64,000 bases of DNA, taken from the NCBI GenBank assembly GCA_963762115.1, contig CAVXJH010000003.1, positions 384,001-448,000 of the forward strand. The letters run 5' to 3'. A model generated the notes under the pieces. It was given only the letters and a program-made list of their open reading frames with translations, did no database searches and had not been told where the DNA came from. Position 1 is the first letter of the stretch. Every line of letters starts with the position of its first letter. The stretch is from Candidatus Babeliales bacterium (lineage in GTDB: Bacteria > Babelota > Babeliae > Babelales > JANWKD01). Below are positions 60,880-64,000 of this stretch, in pieces. The position numbers were made by a program, and so were the translations under genes.

Positions 60880-61105
60880 GCCGAAAATGTCATTACGAGG
60901 CAACATTGTTGCCGTGGTAACCCAGATTATTATGTTCTATAAATAAAATCCTAAAGAAATTACATGTTATATAAAACTATGCCAAATAAGTCGTTACTTC
61001 TATAACAATAACTTCCAATGTATTACAAATTAATAAGGGAAAAAGAAATAGAATTTTATATACTGGGTTACGGCAACAATGTTGCCTCGTAATGACATTT
61101 GCGGC
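60880..61105. repeat. RPE/REP-like inverted-repeat element
   Basis: aaatgtcattacgaggcaacattgttgccgtggtaacccag (60885-60925) and its near-exact reverse complement (61063-61100), differing by a 3-nt indel. Confidence 0.85.
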
Positions 61106-61163
61106 GTATATTATTTATGATAAAAATTGTTTATCACGAATATAAAATTTTCATTAGCAAATA

Positions 61164-62105
61164 TTAAGAAAAAAGTTTCTTTAATTTTTTTTGTATTGCA
61201 TCCTGTAAAAACTCATTAGAATCAGAAAAAAATGCCTCAACCAACGTTTTTTGTGCTTCATATTCATTAAGCCCACGCGATTGCAAATAAAATAATTGCT
61301 GTTCATCAAGATAGCCAATTGCACTGCCGTGCTGACAGCGAACATCATGAGCTTTGATTTCTAAGCTTGGCACAGATTTTGCTTGTGCATGCATACTTCC
61401 CAGTAATGTTTTGTTATATTGAGAAGCTTTTGTTTGTTGTGCCTGCCCATCAATAGTGATTATTCCTTGGTGTATACTTTTTGCATCATCAGTAACAAAC
61501 CCGCGCAATGAAAGATCACTTTGTGTATGCGGCACATGATGATGTTGTTCAGTAAACAAAGTCATTGCTTGTGATTTATTCAACACATATACTCCCTGTA
61601 ATACTGCCAAAGCATTTGCACCGAGCACGTGACAAACAACTTTTATAGTACACGGTTGAACATCAACAACTGCCAGAAAAAAATAGAGCTTTGCAGAAAA
61701 TCCTAAAAAAAATCGATAATTACTTTTTGCATTGTGCTGATTAACAAAAAAATTTACTTGTACTTCGTCAAGCAAGATAATATCAACATTCACCTCTTGT
61801 TCAACATCGTTAGCATCTTCAATTGTTATCTGAATATTCGAAGAAACAATAATAATTGATTCAGCATTGGTCGGCGAAAATCTATATGTTTGAGCACATT
61901 CATCATTAATAAAAACTATTTGAACATTTTCTAAGTTGCGATCTTGAAAATATGTCGCAGAAGGTGCCAACTTTTGCTGATCAGAAAAAGAATATTTTTG
62001 AATGAAAGAAAGCCAATTTTTGTACAAAAATAATAACCTTTTTTTATATTGAAATGTATCTTTTATACTCTTGAGTATAAAGGGTTTTTTTATTTTACAA
62101 AACAT
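61164..62105 (-). CDS. sufD: Fe-S cluster assembly protein SufD-like
   Basis: QHHHVPHTQS, FQ/HQGIITI...AQQT.A.Q....LL, PSLEI.AHDVRC.HGSAIG.LDEQQLFYLQSRG; start uncertain. Confidence 0.85.
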   Translation of the reverse strand: MFCKIKKPFILKSIKDTFQYKKRLLFLYKNWLSFIQKYSFSDQQKLAPSATYFQDRNLENVQIVFINDECAQTYRFSPTNAESIIIVSSNIQITIEDANDVEQEVNVDIILLDEVQVNFFVNQHNAKSNYRFFLGFSAKLYFFLAVVDVQPCTIKVVCHVLGANALAVLQGVYVLNKSQAMTLFTEQHHHVPHTQSDLSLRGFVTDDAKSIHQGIITIDGQAQQTKASQYNKTLLGSMHAQAKSVPSLEIKAHDVRCQHGSAIGYLDEQQLFYLQSRGLNEYEAQKTLVEAFFSDSNEFLQDAIQKKLKKLFS

Positions 62106-62179
62106 TAATTATCTATACAATTAGAAAACATGTATTTTAAACTAATCTATTTTTATAATAAAAATAATTACAGGATTTT

Positions 62180-63958
62180 ATGAACAAACTACTATGCATC
62201 GCGTTACTTTTTGCATTAACAAATTCTACTCATACAATGGAACTAACACCTGAAATACAATCAGCAACGGCATTATCAAAATCATCAAAAAAAATCAGGA
62301 ATCCTCGCAAGCTCAGCTTCATCGCTGCTAAAGCAATGAAAAAGCAACTTTTGCCAGAAAAGTTTGATGAAACAAATCTTGACGCTACTGCTGCAACAAT
62401 TCATGATTTATATGCCCAAATTGGAGGCGATCATGCAGAACATATCACGCAACAAATTACCTATGAACAACCATTGCCCTATTATGATCAATTACCAAAA
62501 AACGTATTTGATTTTTCCGGGAATGAACATTTCTTTAGCTTTTCTCCGTCACTACAACACCGCATACTTTTTGACAGTAAACAAAAAAAATTTTCAGTGG
62601 TAGACCATGAAAAAAAAGAAGTTGCATCATTTAAATCAACATCTCCGTATAATGCCATTGAAAGTGTTAAATTTTTAGGAGACAATTATCTTTCATATTT
62701 AAAAGGTACTCATCAAAATGACTGTGGGGAATGTGTCTTAAATATCTTTGAAGATGCGACATGGAAAGAAATTCTTACCGTTAATCCTTCAGATTCTATC
62801 ATCGATGTTTCTTTATCATCTAATCAAAAGATTCTTGCCCTTGGACTTTTAAATAAAAAAGTTGTTTTTTGGCAACAAACAGAACATTCTGATCAATGGG
62901 AAAAATTTGATGAAGAAATTAATTTAGAAAATTTTTCCGATCAATTACAAGCAGTTGTTTATACATCACGTCCAAATCGATCTCAAACACACAATCCCAA
63001 TCGTTTTTTTCATCATAAAGTTACTAATACTGTTCACTATCAAGAAATTTGCACTGCAATTTCCTCAATCTCATTTTTGCCCAATAAAACATCTGAAAAT
63101 CCTCTTTTATTATTAGGCCTAACCGGTTATTGCCATAAACACCCCTGTGACGGCATATTAACTTTATGGAATTACACCAACAAAACCTGGAACTTACAAC
63201 AAATATTACGCGATAAACATGATTGGCCGATAATCACTATTCAACCTTCCGTCGATGGCACCATGTTTTTAACTACTGCATATTCCCATATAGGCGGGAC
63301 ATCTTATACTACCTGTTGGCAAAAAAAGGATAACGACGAGTGGGGAATTTTAAAAAGAACACAACAACAAAATCCCACAAAAATTTCTGCATCATTTAAC
63401 CCTTCAAATAATTCTTTTGTGCAATACCATACCCGCCAAGGAAATTGGTATATTAAACTTTTTTCTCTCGATGAAACATCAAGTAAAAAAGTAAAAAAAT
63501 TGTCCGCAATGCGAATGCACTTTGATATTAATCCTCGTTTTCCTTTTGAATATGAATGGAAGGCAAACACAGCGCCAATTATGTGGCTCAACGATAATGA
63601 AATTGCTATCGGCAAGACTATTTTATCATTAAATACAGGAGTCAATTATGCTCTCTGCCAAAAAGCATTACTTGCAATTATCACAAAAAAGAGAATGCCA
63701 TTACAAAATCAAAATAACGATATTCCTTTAGATCCCACGGTAAAATCAGGCCAAGACAATAAATTTTATGAACGATTGAAAAAATTCGTTAACTCAAAAA
63801 CATTTTCTCAATTATCCCCCCAAGAAAAAATATGCCTTGTACATTACACCATGAGCTCTTTAAAATATCTCAAAAAAACAGGAAACAATCCTCAAATATT
63901 TCAAAAGATTCTTGATCCTTATTTAAATAATTCTTATTCTATGCATAGCACTTATTAA
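62180..63958 (+). CDS. Secreted WD40-like beta-propeller protein
   Basis: Signal ending THT-MEL; repeats IIDVSLSSNQKILALG, ISSISFLP, IITIQPSVDG, ISASFNPS with W-ending strands. Confidence 0.75.
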   Translation: MNKLLCIALLFALTNSTHTMELTPEIQSATALSKSSKKIRNPRKLSFIAAKAMKKQLLPEKFDETNLDATAATIHDLYAQIGGDHAEHITQQITYEQPLPYYDQLPKNVFDFSGNEHFFSFSPSLQHRILFDSKQKKFSVVDHEKKEVASFKSTSPYNAIESVKFLGDNYLSYLKGTHQNDCGECVLNIFEDATWKEILTVNPSDSIIDVSLSSNQKILALGLLNKKVVFWQQTEHSDQWEKFDEEINLENFSDQLQAVVYTSRPNRSQTHNPNRFFHHKVTNTVHYQEICTAISSISFLPNKTSENPLLLLGLTGYCHKHPCDGILTLWNYTNKTWNLQQILRDKHDWPIITIQPSVDGTMFLTTAYSHIGGTSYTTCWQKKDNDEWGILKRTQQQNPTKISASFNPSNNSFVQYHTRQGNWYIKLFSLDETSSKKVKKLSAMRMHFDINPRFPFEYEWKANTAPIMWLNDNEIAIGKTILSLNTGVNYALCQKALLAIITKKRMPLQNQNNDIPLDPTVKSGQDNKFYERLKKFVNSKTFSQLSPQEKICLVHYTMSSLKYLKKTGNNPQIFQKILDPYLNNSYSMHSTY

Positions 63959-64000
63959 AACAAATTCGCACTAAAAAAAGTAGAGAAAATAATGAAAAAA

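Overview
AT-rich bacterial chromosome segment, most consistent with an obligate intracellular parasite of protists such as Candidatus Dependentiae/Babeliota (inference from tandem TLC-type nucleotide translocases, broken housekeeping operons and many eukaryote-like secreted proteins). Housekeeping genes (dsbD, hpf, der, dnaX, rpsB, lon, cmk, recJ, lysS, sodA, ftsB-like, rapZ, ctpA, glmS, rpsI, dksA, tadA, gyrB, tilS, mpg, dnaJ, FKBP, sufD), SRP RNA, tRNA-Ser(GGA) and tRNA-Thr(CGT) alternate with tandem arrays of signal-peptide-bearing orphan genes. The most striking pattern is a putative secreted effector repertoire aimed at the host ubiquitin system and membranes. It includes a protein with one MIU-like and three UIM ubiquitin-binding motifs, two proteins ending in a CaaX box (CIIS), four SKP1/BTB-like plus LRR proteins, two WD40-like proteins with BC-box-like N-termini and a cPLA2-type phospholipase. 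Thirteen of the orphans have a signal peptide ending just before a Met, mostly Met-Glu. An intact IS50-group IS4 element (19-bp TIRs, 10-bp target duplication) sits inside a structured inverted-repeat element, and other palindromic elements and two unannotated small ORFs are present. All family assignments come from motif reading by eye; no database searches were run.
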